Made by a program: the position numbers and the translations under genes
In this document: positions 39,629-52,352 of the stretch, piece after piece
Numbering within the stretch: the stretch's first letter is position 1
Layout of the letters: every line of letters starts with the position of its first letter
Notes under the pieces: model-generated
The model's input: only the letters and a program-made list of their open reading frames with translations
What the model was told of the DNA's origin: nothing
Databases searched by the model: none
From: Patellaria atrata CBS 101060
Taxonomy: Eukaryota
DNA: 64,000 nucleotides
Direction: 5' to 3'
Assembly: GCA_010093705.1 (NCBI GenBank)
Contig: MU006089.1
Location: forward strand, 2,653,561 to 2,717,560

Positions 39629-41785
39629 TCACTCTTTTGCTCTTTCGTTCTCGGACATATCAACTGTGCTTTCTACTTCATCTGGTGAAATTTCAATTCC
39701 GGATGCTTTATCAACTACTGGCGTAGTAATAGAATCCGTCCCTTCGTCACCCGTCGAATCCCTCGTTGCTGCATCTTTCTCCGCCTCAATCCCTAAACCC
39801 TTTTCTACCTCAAGCGCTGAATCCTTCTCTATCGAATCTATGTTTATTCCTGTCATTGTCTTCTCAGCTTTAGTACCATCTGAAACATGATGTCCTGTGT
39901 CCCCGGGCATTTCATACAGCTCTTCTTCTTCTCTTACTCCTGTCAAAATTCCCCCATCGCCCCTTTCCGGAAAATATCCGTGTAGCGCTGATACTGCTGG
40001 AGAGCGAGGCGACGCATTGCTTTCTAACTCGTAGCTAGTGGTTGTTTGATTTGAATGACAAGATGCGAATGAGTTATCACGCTGGTGGAATCTATGAGGA
40101 GAATCCGTGGCACCATTGAGATATCGGGGTACCATGCTTCCAGCTTCTAGCTCTTGGTGTCTGTTCCGATGATACTGGTTCTCTTCGTATGCGGGTAGTT
40201 CGACCCTCGATGAGACAACGCTGAAAGTACCCTGTTGTTTCTCAACCTCCTCTTTCTCGGTTCTCTCTTTCTCAATTCTCTCTTTCTCGGCCCTCTCTTT
40301 CTCAGCCTGCTCTTTCTCATCCTTCTCTGTGCGGCGTCGGCGTATGGCTAGCCATATCAGAAGAGCAACGAGCAAAACGGAAAGGAGTAAACCGACAACA
40401 ATGCCGAGTATAGCTCCGGTACTTAGACCGTCCTCTTCAGGTTTTGGAGGAACATAGCCTCTCTTATGAATGGGCACAATACTTCTATTACCAGTATTGC
40501 GGCTACTCCAGTCCACTTGGGTAATTGAAAATTGGTCATGCTCGTAGTCCACAATTATGTAAGACTCTTGCAGGAGGGTACGGCCGAGTGTGAACCGAAT
40601 TTGGTTTTCTGAGCGTCGAATAGGGAAATAATGTGATGCATTGGTACGTATCGAGGATGGGATCTCGAGAAAGAAGGCTCGATATGGTATCTCAATGCTA
40701 ACACGTTCTGTGGAGTTTGTAGGATCTGATAAGGTGATGATAACCGTGGGGTTGTTAGCCATATTTAGATTGTGTGCTGTCTCGTTAATCGTGTATAGAT
40801 CCGAGTCATCGTCGAAAACAAGATTGAATATGCTTTGAAAACGGTCGCACACTGCCTCCGGTAGCCATAGATACGGAAGAGTCGTATCTATAACTGCGTC
40901 GAATGTACTCCTCGTATAAGTGCTCATGGCTGATTGGTCGGTCCTGGCTTTTACTACGATTCCTTGGACTACTACCACTAAGTCTCTATTCTTTTGTACA
41001 GTGAACGGAACTCTTGTTCTGGTAGCGATCACTTCATCATACCCCCCGAGTATAAGACTGCCGAACCTCTCGCTCACACTCTCTGAGATCAGATTAGCCC
41101 AGAATCTACTATCCAATCCAATCCCGATCGTGGTGAAGATCTTAGAGAAACCGTACTTACGATATGAGGCACCCGCAGTGTAAGAGTACGACTCACTAGG
41201 GATTGACATATTGTAGCCATCCGCTCCAGCCAACATCCCGAGCATACTAGTAAATTGTCTGATTTCTCGTTCGCGCTGCAAATCAAATTTATTCGTAGTT
41301 AACCCAATCATACCAAGTTTTATTTTCTCATCCACGTACCCGGCAACAAGAGAGTTGTTGACGGTAAAACCAGTCTTCTGGCGTCCACCCTGAAAAGATA
41401 TTCGCTCTGTTCCTATATAGCTCCAGATTTCTTTATAGGCATCACCATAGAGGAGGCCTATATCTAACCATCCGAGATTCAGACTGAACTCGCCTAGGCT
41501 AATCCGCGCCCAGGATGATGATTGACTTGCTTCAAACCCACCATGATTAAGGCTCAGAAAAGGTTCGATCCCTCGAGCGTCCGCGCACGTACCCAAATCG
41601 GTGTTGTTGCAAGCGCCCATCCTCGGTAACCAGATGAAAGAAGATGCCAGTGATGGCAAAATGCGAAAGTGTTGCTCAGGTGTCCCGACAGCTAGTTTGA
41701 ACGTAGACCATGGCCCATCATCACCGTCGAATCTTTGAGTAGTAGGGAATACGTAAGGTGCCGGAGGGTACTCCATTAAAGCCAA
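39629..41785 (-). CDS. Membrane-anchored aspartic-protease-like (peptidase A1) protein, probably catalytically inactive; 5' end unresolved
   Basis: Motifs FDGDDGPWSTF..VGTP.Q, SYSYTAGASY, GSLILGGYD, AVIDTTLPYLWLP, YFPIRR and LGRTLLQESYIIVDYE. TM helix GAILGIVVGLLLSVLLVALLIWLAI followed by RRRR. Probable in-frame intron at 41083-41160. Confidence 0.87.
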   Translation of the reverse strand: MALMEYPPAPYVFPTTQRFDGDDGPWSTFKLAVGTPEQHFRILPSLASSFIWLPRMGACNNTDLGTCADARGIEPFLSLNHGGFEASQSSSWARISLGEFSLNLGWLDIGLLYGDAYKEIWSYIGTERISFQGGRQKTGFTVNNSLVAGYVDEKIKLGMIGLTTNKFDLQREREIRQFTSMLGMLAGADGYNMSIPSESYSYTAGASYRKYGFSKIFTTIGIGLDSRFWANLISESVSERFGSLILGGYDEVIATRTRVPFTVQKNRDLVVVVQGIVVKARTDQSAMSTYTRSTFDAVIDTTLPYLWLPEAVCDRFQSIFNLVFDDDSDLYTINETAHNLNMANNPTVIITLSDPTNSTERVSIEIPYRAFFLEIPSSIRTNASHYFPIRRSENQIRFTLGRTLLQESYIIVDYEHDQFSITQVDWSSRNTGNRSIVPIHKRGYVPPKPEEDGLSTGAILGIVVGLLLSVLLVALLIWLAIRRRRTEKDEKEQAEKERAEKERIEKERTEKEEVEKQQGTFSVVSSRVELPAYEENQYHRNRHQELEAGSMVPRYLNGATDSPHRFHQRDNSFASCHSNQTTTSYELESNASPRSPAVSALHGYFPERGDGGILTGVREEEELYEMPGDTGHHVSDGTKAEKTMTGINIDSIEKDSALEVEKGLGIEAEKDAATRDSTGDEGTDSITTPVVDKASGIEISPDEVESTVDMSENERAKE

Positions 41786-43071
41786 AGGACTGCTGCAATA
41801 TCAATTTTCCACAGGAGACAGACTCGTGCAGCGGTTTCGAGCTGATATGAATGAAATTTCAGGGAAATCTGCAATAGCTAGGAAATCCGTAGAAATGCGA
41901 TAACAATCAGCTAGGGTCGCACGGGGAGAAGCAGACAGCGCAATACATGATCCTGTCTTTATGTCAGACCGGGTTTCACTAGTGTCTAGCATCGAGGGTT
42001 CCACGATGCGGGAGTGGTGTACGACCAAATAACGTCTAAAGTCTTCTTTGTAGAGGCCTTGATTAACCTAAACCACAGAACATTTCTGATCTACTGTTGG
42101 GATAGGATCAATTGCTACGAACATTGCATATTCCAAACTTCCTGCATCTTTAAGCTCTCTTTGCCATATCTGCTCCCGACTCATTCATCTTTTCATACAC
42201 AGCTGATGCAGCGTGCACATTCTTAACCCGCCTCTCCTGATTCGATTTCCAGGCGTAACATGGCAGGATGAACCAGACCATCACGAGGAAATGTCGCCGC
42301 CCTGGGTAACGACTTAACGGCTGTGCACCGCTTGAGTAGGTTTCCGTATGACTTCAGGAACTATTACCCCAATTCTAGTCGCCTTACTGTGTTACTGATC
42401 TAAAAGCCTCGTATAGGTTGAATGGAGCGATGAATTGTGCGACTCTGCGGATAACTGCACACGTCTACATTCGGGTGCAAGTCATTGGGCAAAATTACTT
42501 GACCTTTATCTTTGCGTTACCACCATCCTTCTTCAGACCTCCTATCGGAACGTCTCGTATGGAACTGAAAGATGACAAACAAGTGCAATATCGTTTCTCT
42601 CATCGCTCAACGTCGCTCTGCATTGCATCTAGCTTATCCTAACGGTTTTCGACTTCCACTATCACTGGTTGCACTCGGTGAATCTCCTCCCTCCACTATG
42701 GACTCCGAACATAAGGATTTGGATTTTTACTTTCCATCTTCAGCCATACCAATCTTTACTCGTAGTTCATTCTGTCCTTCGACCTTCTATAATATATTCA
42801 GAACCAAGCAGGTTGTGCCTACCGCGTAGATATCATCAGTATTCTGGAAGTTCTTTTCTATCTCACGATTAGGTTACAGCTCCATTCAGATAAGAGGATG
42901 AGCCTTGTACGACTGTCATTCAAGTAAACAGAGGATTACTCCTCTTTCACTCTACGTTCGTTACACCTCGGCTGGATTAAATCTCTCGCTATTTTTCTAC
43001 TCCAGTTCAGCCGCCCAAAAAAATCTCTTGCATATTATTAGCTTTCCATCTGTGACGTACGAGAGCCAGCT

Positions 43072-45550
43072 ATGCTTCAACTTGATATGCACTTGCTGTT
43101 GGTTAATATCTTATGTATATCTTCCATCATCTTTGCATTGGGTGAGTCTGCAATTCTCAGATTGGAACAACACGCTTATGGCATTCAGTCTCTTATTCGA
43201 ATGCTGTCCCTCAAGCGTATACTCTTTCATCAGAGGATTTAGCAACGACAGACGTAGAGTACGATAATCCCCCTATTAGTTATCTAGCAGTCCCTACCGA
43301 TACAGGCGAATCGCAGCTGTCACATAGTAATTCCTTGACTCCGCTGGGATCCAAACACATACATCCAACCACACCTATTTGGCACGAGAGATGGACGAAT
43401 TGTTCAAAATATACTCCTTCATCATCCTCGTTATCATCGCAATGGGGTTCTACGATGTGGTCGGAGATTAGCTCGTCCCCATCTTCGACAGCTCTATACG
43501 GAACCTTCACATCTTCTACATTGGGTACTGCACCGATAACATCTACTATCTTCAACACTTCAACCTGCTATATTACGGCCCCAGTCTTTGAGACTCATTA
43601 CGTGTCAATTAGTATTCTCAAGACAGAAACTGTGACCGTAGAACTGACAACCACGTTGCTTGGTACCCTGATACCAACCACATTCGAGTGTACAGTTTCG
43701 AACACAGCCATTGAGAGCCTACAACCATCTACAGATACTGTCGTTCACACTATCCAACCAGACATAACAAAGGATACCGTTACAGTATCAATTACTCAGA
43801 CTCTGGAACCCTCTACCGTTCTATTTACGGTAACAAATTCAGCCTTTGGGAGCATAAAACCTACCACCGTCGAGAATTCTACTACTGTAGAACAAACATA
43901 CAACCAGACCACTACCATCTTACTCTCGACCACGGTTACGAAAACTGTAGAAATGTCGCCAACAAGTGTCTTGATCCCGATATCCTTGATTGAAACTGTG
44001 GAGACACCACCAAATAGCATCCTAATAACAACAATTTTAACGGAGACCGTTACGATGCCAGCTCCCTATTGCATCTCGACTTCTGAAGGGCTATCTTCTG
44101 CCCCCGCATTAACCTGTCTAGATATTTGTAATTTAAATGCTTTTGGAACAGTGCTCGCGACCTCAGTTGCCACTACAACCCTTTTCGCCAGCTCTTTGTA
44201 TCTCGTCGAAACATTCACTGTTTTATCCAATGGCTCGACTATTGCTGGTAGTACAGGCTCAAGCTACAGTCTTTATCCTGAGGTCACAAACCCGGTTTTC
44301 ACTTGGACACAGTTTGGGCAAACCTTGTGAGTGTCCTTGTCACTCCTACGCAGATGTACTTCTTTTTTGACAGGTCAAGGACATGGCCAACTGTTTATGT
44401 TGCATATACTGCATTTTCTCGCGGCTACGTGAGCGCTGTAATGAGTGACAGCACGTGTGCAACGACTAGTGAACCCCTTACATTACCGGGAACAATCGAC
44501 TACGGATCATTGATCACTCCTTCAGCTTCGCTTTTACAACCCAGCCAAGTACCTAGCGAAATAATTTCTTATATCACAAATCTACCTGAAGTATCATCAC
44601 AGCTAGAAGATATCCTTGTCACATCGTCTTGCGATCCTAATGAAGGTGACATCATACCAGCTCGAGAGGAGCCAGGTACCCAAATATTCACTATGCGATC
44701 AGGAACAAACTCTTTGAGTGCGAGAAGGGAAACCCTTCTTATTATTATGACAACTCAGGCGACCTCAGAACGAACGAATCCACTATCCCCCTTTACAACA
44801 AGACAACCACCCGCAACAGCCGAAACCACTTCGCTTCCAACAACATCCTCTACGGAAATTCCCACTACTCGGACTCTTCCACCCACTACTTCTACAAAAC
44901 AGCCAACAAGTACCGAATCTACGAGACCTCCTTCGCCACTTCTTTCTACAGAAGAGACAACAAGAATTGAAAGTCCTTCGCCTTCTACCGAAGCAACAAC
45001 AAGAACTTCTACTGAACAAACAACAAACACCGAATCTTCTCGACTCGTTTCATCTACGGAACAGATAACAAACGTCGAGGTAACGTCCACTTATACCTCT
45101 CTAAAGGAAACGACAAATATTGAATCTGCTACCCCCCTTTCTTCCTCTTCCGTAGAATCATCGACAACTGCCGAGTCCACTAAATTTGCTCCAACTCAAT
45201 CTTTAACAAGCAGTCTACCAATCACTTCAGTCACCTCCTCAGCATATTTGATCACGGAAGAGACGGAGACGGTATCTATTTCCCCGCGACCCTCGGTTGT
45301 GTCTTCGGAAGAGCCGTCATCTTCATCCTCCTCTTCATTCTCTACACACTCAACGACGGCCTCGCTATCGTCTTCGCTCAGGTCGACATCAACATCATCA
45401 TCAACGCGTCCCAGGCCATCCAGTACAGTTCTCTCCAGTTCTCCCTCATCTTCAAATGACGGAGCGGCCGTTACTCAGGTCAAAGCTGGAACGGTGAACC
45501 TGGAGAACGTGTTCATCGGCGCCGTCGGGGTTGCGGTGGGCTGGCTCTAA
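43072..45550 (+). CDS. Ser/Thr-rich secreted, probably GPI-anchored mucin-like cell-surface protein
   Basis: Signal MHLLLVNILCISSIIFAL. Intron 43142-43188 puts it in frame with ORF 43335. Intron 44327 to about 44379 gives FGQTL|TWPTVYVAY. Long S/T tracts and a hydrophobic C-terminus VFIGAVGVAVGWL. Confidence 0.82.
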
Positions 45551-46060
45551 GAAATTCTTTGTGTGACTGTCCTTACCCTTTTCTCTTATCTTGTGAATGT
45601 TGTTTATGAGTTATAGTCACACGGAAATTAATCGCAATAGTATACTGGCAGAGTATTGTTGGAGGACTGGGGGGAGAGGGTTAATAATATGGCAACTGTG
45701 GATATACTTTATCAGAAGGGATATTTTAACCTCTCAACGAGACAACGAAAACGACGCAATCGTAAATCTACCTTGAAAATAATGAATAAACAAAACTTTC
45801 ATTCCTTAGCATAGCGAGGTCTGGCTTTTTCAAACACGTTTCTTCAAACTCACAGTGCACAGATCCTATGGAGATGTAATGACCGCGCCCTTTCTTTTCC
45901 GAAGAGTCTAATTTCGCATAAACCTACTATCATCTTGAATTTGTCCAGCGATCCAAATGTCCAGGATATATAACTGGAGTCGACAACTCTAAAGCACGAA
46001 TATACAATCCGAATGGCGCACCCTTAGCCTCAAACAGAGGTCTTCTACCACCACCTGCTT

Positions 46061-48237
46061 TCACTGCCGTGCTTTAATCAGATCCACAGCCTAAAACTTC
46101 GTTAGCACAACCAGCCCTTCATCACAAAAATACAGATATTTAGATACTGAGAGAAAGAGAGTCTTACCTTCTCCGCAAGCATATAAACCGTACTCTGCGT
46201 ATTGGCACCCGGCAAGAGTGGCATGATGCTCCCATCCACCACGCTCAGCCTCTCCGTCCCATGGACCCTCAAATCCTCTCCCACAACCCCACCCATCTCC
46301 AACGGTTTCTTCGCCGCCGTCGCGATCGGATGAAAATTCGTTGGGATCAAATTCTGCCTAATCCACTCCCTGAGCGCCTCACCCGTGACACTCGTGCCAG
46401 GAAACGTCTCTCGGGGCCCATAGGGCGCGAAATCCGAGCTGTTCATGTACTTGCGCATGAACTCGATGTTAGCGGCCATGATGTCGAGATCGACGGGATT
46501 GGAGAGGGCGCGGTAGTCGACGATGGGCTCGGCGTTGGGGTTGGCGGGGTCGATGTTGATGGTGCCGTGCGAGACGACGTGCATGCTCATGACGATGCCG
46601 CCGGGCATGCCTTGGAGTGGGTACCAGAGCAGGTTGGTGTCGCGGTCGCGCAGGAGCTTGACGTGCAGCTTTTGGAAGGCCGCGTATCCGGCTACGATTG
46701 TTGGGTCGGAATTCGCGGGGAGGAATTGCGCCGGGTCCTGCGCTTCGTAGCGGGAGACTATGTCTTCCCATTCGGGCGTGATGACGGGGAGACCGATCCA
46801 GGCGCCGAGATTCGGTCCGGCGACGGTACTGCGGTCTCCGTTGGCCTCAACGACAGGGACTGGTGGGGTGCCATTGCTCCCTTGAAAGGGTTAGTATAAG
46901 TTGTGCTGGTAAATTAAAGGATCTGGTAAGCAGTGATTGAGTAATTCTTACAAGAGTACCCGACACTGAGATATGCATGATCCTGGAAATTCTGCCCTAC
47001 TCCTGGAATGTTGAGTAGCACCGGGATATTCGCCTCATCCAGAAGGGCCTTTGGGCCTATACCACTCAATTGCAGAATTTGAGGGGTGTGAACGGTTCCG
47101 GCAGAGATGATGACTTCTTTCCGAGCTTTGACTGTCTGGACCGTCGAGTTACCGTCCCTAGTAGCAAATTGGACACCCGTTGCAGTCGTACCGTCGAACA
47201 AGATCTTCTGGACCTTATGTAGAGTTATCACTTCATAGTTGTCACGAGTGATATTGTCATAATGACCAGTACGAGAATATGATCTCCAGAACTTCACTGG
47301 GTCCATGGAGGTTGGGAACCAGAAAAGTCCACTTTTGCCACCAGCTCCATCTTTAGGTATCACCATTCCGGGCATTTTACTCATGGCCTTGTACATAGGA
47401 ACTAATTTGGTGTTAGAAGGTATAGTGGGAGTACACATGTGGGATTAAACGTACTAAGAGCCGGATTTTGGTATGTTGGAAATGAAGCATGAATGTGAGT
47501 TTTGGCTTCTTGTCCCCACGCATTTGGATCCCACGTAATATTGAAAGCCTCTGCTAGGTCTTCGTTTGGTGGATTGAAATGAATTGCCTTCGCCCTAGTC
47601 AGTCCTTGTACCCTACCAGGTTGTCATCGAATATTGTACCTTCTTGAAGTAGGGCAGAATGCCATCCCAGTTCCACGTCGAGCCGGGACCTCCTAGTTCA
47701 GCCCAGCCATCGTATTCAATTGCAGTACCTCGAACCATGACCATTCCATTGATTGCGGAGCTTCCTCCTACACAACAACCGATTAAGACTTGCTGTCTTC
47801 TGTTGGCCATATCCTCTTGAGGTATTGAAGTAATATTATAACGAATGCCAGGGTCGCTGAACGAACGGCCACCTCCAGCTAGAATCACCTCATCGGAAAC
47901 TGAGAGCAATCAGAAATTGAGCCAGATGGGGATGAGCACTGACTTACTCAGATGGCAGTATTCGATAACTAAAACAGAGTCTAATGAAGTATATAAGCGT
48001 CCGAATAACACCTTGACCATACCCGTACTCACATTTTCCATCCTCGCTGAGTCTATCAGCTACAGTTAAGCCAGCCGTGCCTGCTCCAACAATGACATAA
48101 TCGTATTCCTCTTTGACTTGCTCTGCTCTTTGCAGGACTTTGGCGTACTGTAGAGTAGTGGGTCTCGCTAAGCTCGATTCCAAGAGCGTTAGAGATATTG
48201 CTGCAATGGAAGCTAAACGGGTAAGAAATACAGCCAT
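46061..48237 (-). CDS. Secreted GMC oxidoreductase (AA3_2-like), multi-exon
   Basis: Signal peptide. FAD motif YDYVIVGAGTAGLTVADRL, then VGGSSAINGM, EVIISAGTVHTPQILQLSGIG, GVGQNFQDH, catalytic NFHP and VVDGSIMP..PGANT. The last exon AVDLIKARQ* ends at 46061. Confidence 0.95.
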
Positions 48238-49450
48238 GGTTACCGTTGTTCTGAAGAGAACGGATCACCTGATAAGCTTTAGAGAATGAACGACTGTATA
48301 GGCCAACGACTTCAGCAATTCATTGATACTTTACCACTGTCGCACACCTGGTAGATTAGGGACGTGAAAGTCTGTCCTTCGGCCAGAAAAAAAAAGGCTG
48401 GAAAAGAATGTGCGGCACAAAGGCTTTTTGTCCCTGTAGATCTAGCATTGTCCCGAAATTTTCTGTATCGGGTTGTCGGAAAGCTACTTAGATCCAATTG
48501 ATGTCTTGGGTGAAGATTCATTGCATGCGGGGAAGATCTCCTCCCAAGACAAGTATAAGATGTATAGATGAAACTCAAAGGCAACATGATTAGACTTGTT
48601 GACCATAATTGTAGGGGTCATGTGTAAGACTACTTTAGAAAACGTGGAGAGAACGTGTAAATTGAAATGGTTGGAGTAGAGCCTCTCGGCAATTTACCCA
48701 CATTGCCTTGTACCCTACCACTCGCCTACCATCATTAATTTCCATAACTTTTACATGCTCAGGTCGGCAGTCAGTAATGCTTTGTTCACTTTCTCTGGTT
48801 TCTCCGCTTCATCTGTACATTTTTCCAGATACTGACCGCGAGCATGGAAAGAGCCAAGCTCAATTCTCAAAGGATCACTTTCCTTTCCGTCTCTATCGTT
48901 AATCAAGAATTTTTATTAGAATTCCATTAAGGTACCCTCGGTTGTATACTAATCTAAGAGAAGCCGTATTTCCATTTGTAGGCGTAACCGGGCAACGTAG
49001 CAGTGGGTGAGCGAGTATATTTTGAGCACAATTGTACTTCTGTATGTACAGTCTAGTACCACCAGCTGGTTTACTGAAGAGTTTACCTGTTGGCTGGTCT
49101 AGGCCCTGTACGCTTGCTGAAAAATACCAGAGACTGCTGTTTCCGAAGTATTAACCAACTTCGGTTCTCTATACGGTCAGCCGTAAGTACGATTGATGGT
49201 CCTCCGTATGTTGCGCCTACTTTAGAGTCGGAGATACCTTAGGAAGTAGTGTTATAGCAGGTATATCTACTTTAATAGCTTATTCGTATTGTTCGAGCGC
49301 CCTGTGCATTCCTTGTCTTCCTTTTTAGTATGGTTGAGAGGCGATTTGAAAAAAAGAGCGTACCGTAGGCGAGGAATTGCCGAATAGGGAATTGGGGTCA
49401 ACTAAACTTATGTTCAATATTTCCTGCAGTAGTTGGAGAATACCTCGAGG

Positions 49451-50785
49451 CTATCTCTTCCGAGCCACCCAAAATGTCGGGAAGTATATATTTCGCATCA
49501 TGCTATTCGGGTTCTGAATGTACCCAGAGGACTGTGCTGATACCGATTTGTTCAAAGATTCGATTGTAAACCCGAATTGTTCTACGAGTAACACGACTTC
49601 TTCCTCTGTTAGTTCCACGGACCCGGGATCGCCGATACCGTCGGTATTGTCTTGATTAGGATCGGATTTTAATGAGTTGTGATCTGAAGAACTCGATTTA
49701 TTGCTTGAGGTCGTATGAGGTGAATCACTGAAGTGCCACAACAGTGGACCAAGATTGATCCAGACGCCCCCAGGTTTAAGACAATTTCTTATGGTCTCAA
49801 TATAAGCTATGATGTTAGGAGCCGTATCAATGAAAAAAACTGTTGTCACGGCGTCGAATGCGTCCTTCTCTTGTTCACTTTTATACACAGCGCAGAAATC
49901 ACCGCTCCCAAATCCCATACGCTCTGAAACCGGTATCTCCACCCCTTCCGAAGCTTCTTCTAAAGCAGTAGCTGGATGTACATCCGGTATCATGACCTTT
50001 TCAAGTTGATCTCGACGTGTTCGATGGTTATTGAATGACAGAGCCCAAGGGTATAGACTGAATTGTTCGGCACATTCCGTGGAATTCAAGATAAATGAAC
50101 TTGCAAGGATCTGATGCCACGATATCTCATTGCCTTCAACAGCAAATCCTGTACGCACGATCTCAAAGACGAGGCGACCAAGACCGGCGCCAGGAACTAG
50201 TACTCTTATTGTAGCTTTTCTGGAGTCTGGCACTTGCTCGAATTCAGCTTTTAGAGCACTAAGTACAGGGCCATAGCATGCTTTGCGCTCTTCAGTTCCC
50301 TCAGCACTCCAATCCCGATACAGTTGCCTGATGGTGCTTCGAGCCTTCCCAACATCGATGTCTTTCGCATGTCCTTCCCAAGGGCGGTCCAGACCTTCTC
50401 CAACAGTATTAGGCGAGTCCGTCCGCGGGGATAGAAGCTTAGCAGCATAAGAAATATCCTCTTGTAAACCCAGGAAATTAGCAAGTCCTGCCCGAAAGAT
50501 CTCCTCGGCAATATCAGCATTGGCATCAATTGCATCGTCTACGGCAGACAGGCTATCCAATACTGAGAATGGAGGAGATGCAAGAAGATTCCAATGCGCG
50601 GACTTGAGCGCGTAAAATGATTGGCGGCGAAGATGTGTGACATTGTAGTGGGCTAGATGGCGAAAAGAGCTACAGGTTGCGGTTTTAGTAATGGAAACAT
50701 CAAGTTTGCTCAAAATTCAGTTTGTACAATACCGAAAAGAATCTAATGCGGCATATATCACCTTTAATTCCTCAGGGTCATCCAT
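49451..50785 (-). CDS. Carnosine N-methyltransferase-like (N2227 family) protein
   Basis: ATG 50785 MDDPEELKVIYAALDSF, intron 50670-50732. Motifs RQLYRDWSAEG..ER, VLVPGAGLGRL, EGNEISW, TVFFIDTAPN and GGVWINLGPLLWHF. Confidence 0.93.
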
Positions 50786-50987
50786 GACGTGAATAGCATG
50801 CATACAATATTGTATATCTGGCAAATGTTTATGAGGTTGCGAGAAACAAGTAGACGTCACATAGTGTGCTTACATAATCGGCACATGAAACTTAGGGGCC
50901 GCCCGGCCTTCGAGTCGACGGGAAACTCGAAAGTAACTTACGAGACGAGAAGTCGAAGAGACCATACAACAGGGCCTGATACTTAGA

Positions 50988-51512
50988 ATGGACGTTGTAA
51001 ATGCTGCTGTAGATGGCATAAATGGCGATTTCGAAGCCTCTTCAGATCCGGTTCAATTATCTTTCTGCATGCCCAATGCTCCTCAAACTCGAATCCAGCT
51101 TCATCTCACTCTACATAGATCCTCGATTGTATTATTTCTAACCTCAACAACTTCAGAGTCGGGGAATGGACCAACCAATTTAGGGAGTTTCGTATATGCG
51201 TTGCCTAATGTAAGTACCCATGAGATCTTAATGGTCAAGATCAGAAACTTACTGAGTCGATAGCTCTCTAGTCCTTCTGCACAACCTCTTAGCACTCCTC
51301 TGTATCCACACCCCCCTACGTTGGACTTTGCTACTAGACTTTCTAAAGTTCTCGCTCGACGTACACGGAAGCCAACGTATGTAGGGAATTCAATATCCTT
51401 CGCAAGCGCAGGGATGGGTGGGACAGTCGAGGAAGAGATCGAAGGATTCAAGGCTGTAGTTGAGGTTGTAATGAGGGAGGTGACGAAGGAGAAAGAAAAC
51501 GACGTAACATGA
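50988..51512 (+). CDS. Probable 20S proteasome assembly chaperone (PAC4/Poc4-like)
   Basis: LGSFVYALPN|...LSTPLY..LDFATRLSKVLARRTRKPTYVG resembles the PAC4 LAxRLARKxxKxVFV pattern. Intron at 51210-51263. Confidence 0.65.
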
Positions 51513-52352
51513 GAGCAAGAAAAGGTTGAATGCGACACCATCTTAAACCACCATCTCGTTGAAGTATACGGCCAAATGGGTCATGCATGCTGAGTACTTG
51601 AGAGTAGACGTCTAGTAAGGACAGCCACTGGTAGACGAATCTGCAACCCTGGAGCTCAATGACATATTATACTCCGATGAAACCACCATAATCATATTCA
51701 GCTACACGGTAGCCCATGGTAGAAGCATTACTGTAGGATGATATCGGCGACGGCTACATAATGGATAATACACGGACCTCTAAACCTTGATCCCGTCAAT
51801 ATACAATATCTACCTAATAGTTCTAGGTTGCGCTTAGGTATAGAGGCTTGTCGGCACTCCATCCTAAATGATAACCGTGTAGCAGTATACATGAAGTTCG
51901 TAAGACCCTCCGTCGAAGGGTCCATTGTTCCGAATTGGAGTATTTTATGTTTACCATAGAGCAGGACATGCTACTTTGCACAAATTGTGCCCAAATTGTC
52001 ACCATCTTGAACCTGGGTTTGGGATTGGAGTATGGACTGAAACTATGGCTGGCAGATTACCAAAGTAAACATGTCTCCCGCTGAAGACATGCATCCTACA
52101 AGTCATCAGGCCAGTCAATCCTATACATAATGAATAGTAGCAGGCAAAGTGACTCAAATGGTGGATGACTGGACCGAGGGCATGCAGAATTACGGTAGAA
52201 CATCCAGGTAGTTCTAGGTTTGGCTCTCGCCACGAAGAGACTTGGGTCAACATTTTCATTCCTTGCCAACCTCGCAACAGCACATCCCCATCCCCATCGT
52301 CTTTCGATCTATAAATGCATATTCATTCTTTGACCCCCCATAATCGAAGAGT

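Noticed and set aside
46261..46899. 212-aa plus-strand ORF and other long antisense ORFs (32596..33222, 58021..58719, 28599..29099)
   Set aside because: They are shadows of well-supported genes on the opposite strand and show no independent motifs.
10381..48237. Secondary-metabolite cluster (TF, methyltransferase, GMC oxidoreductase)
   Set aside because: No PKS, NRPS, terpene or DMATS backbone gene, and the genes are far apart and interleaved with housekeeping loci.
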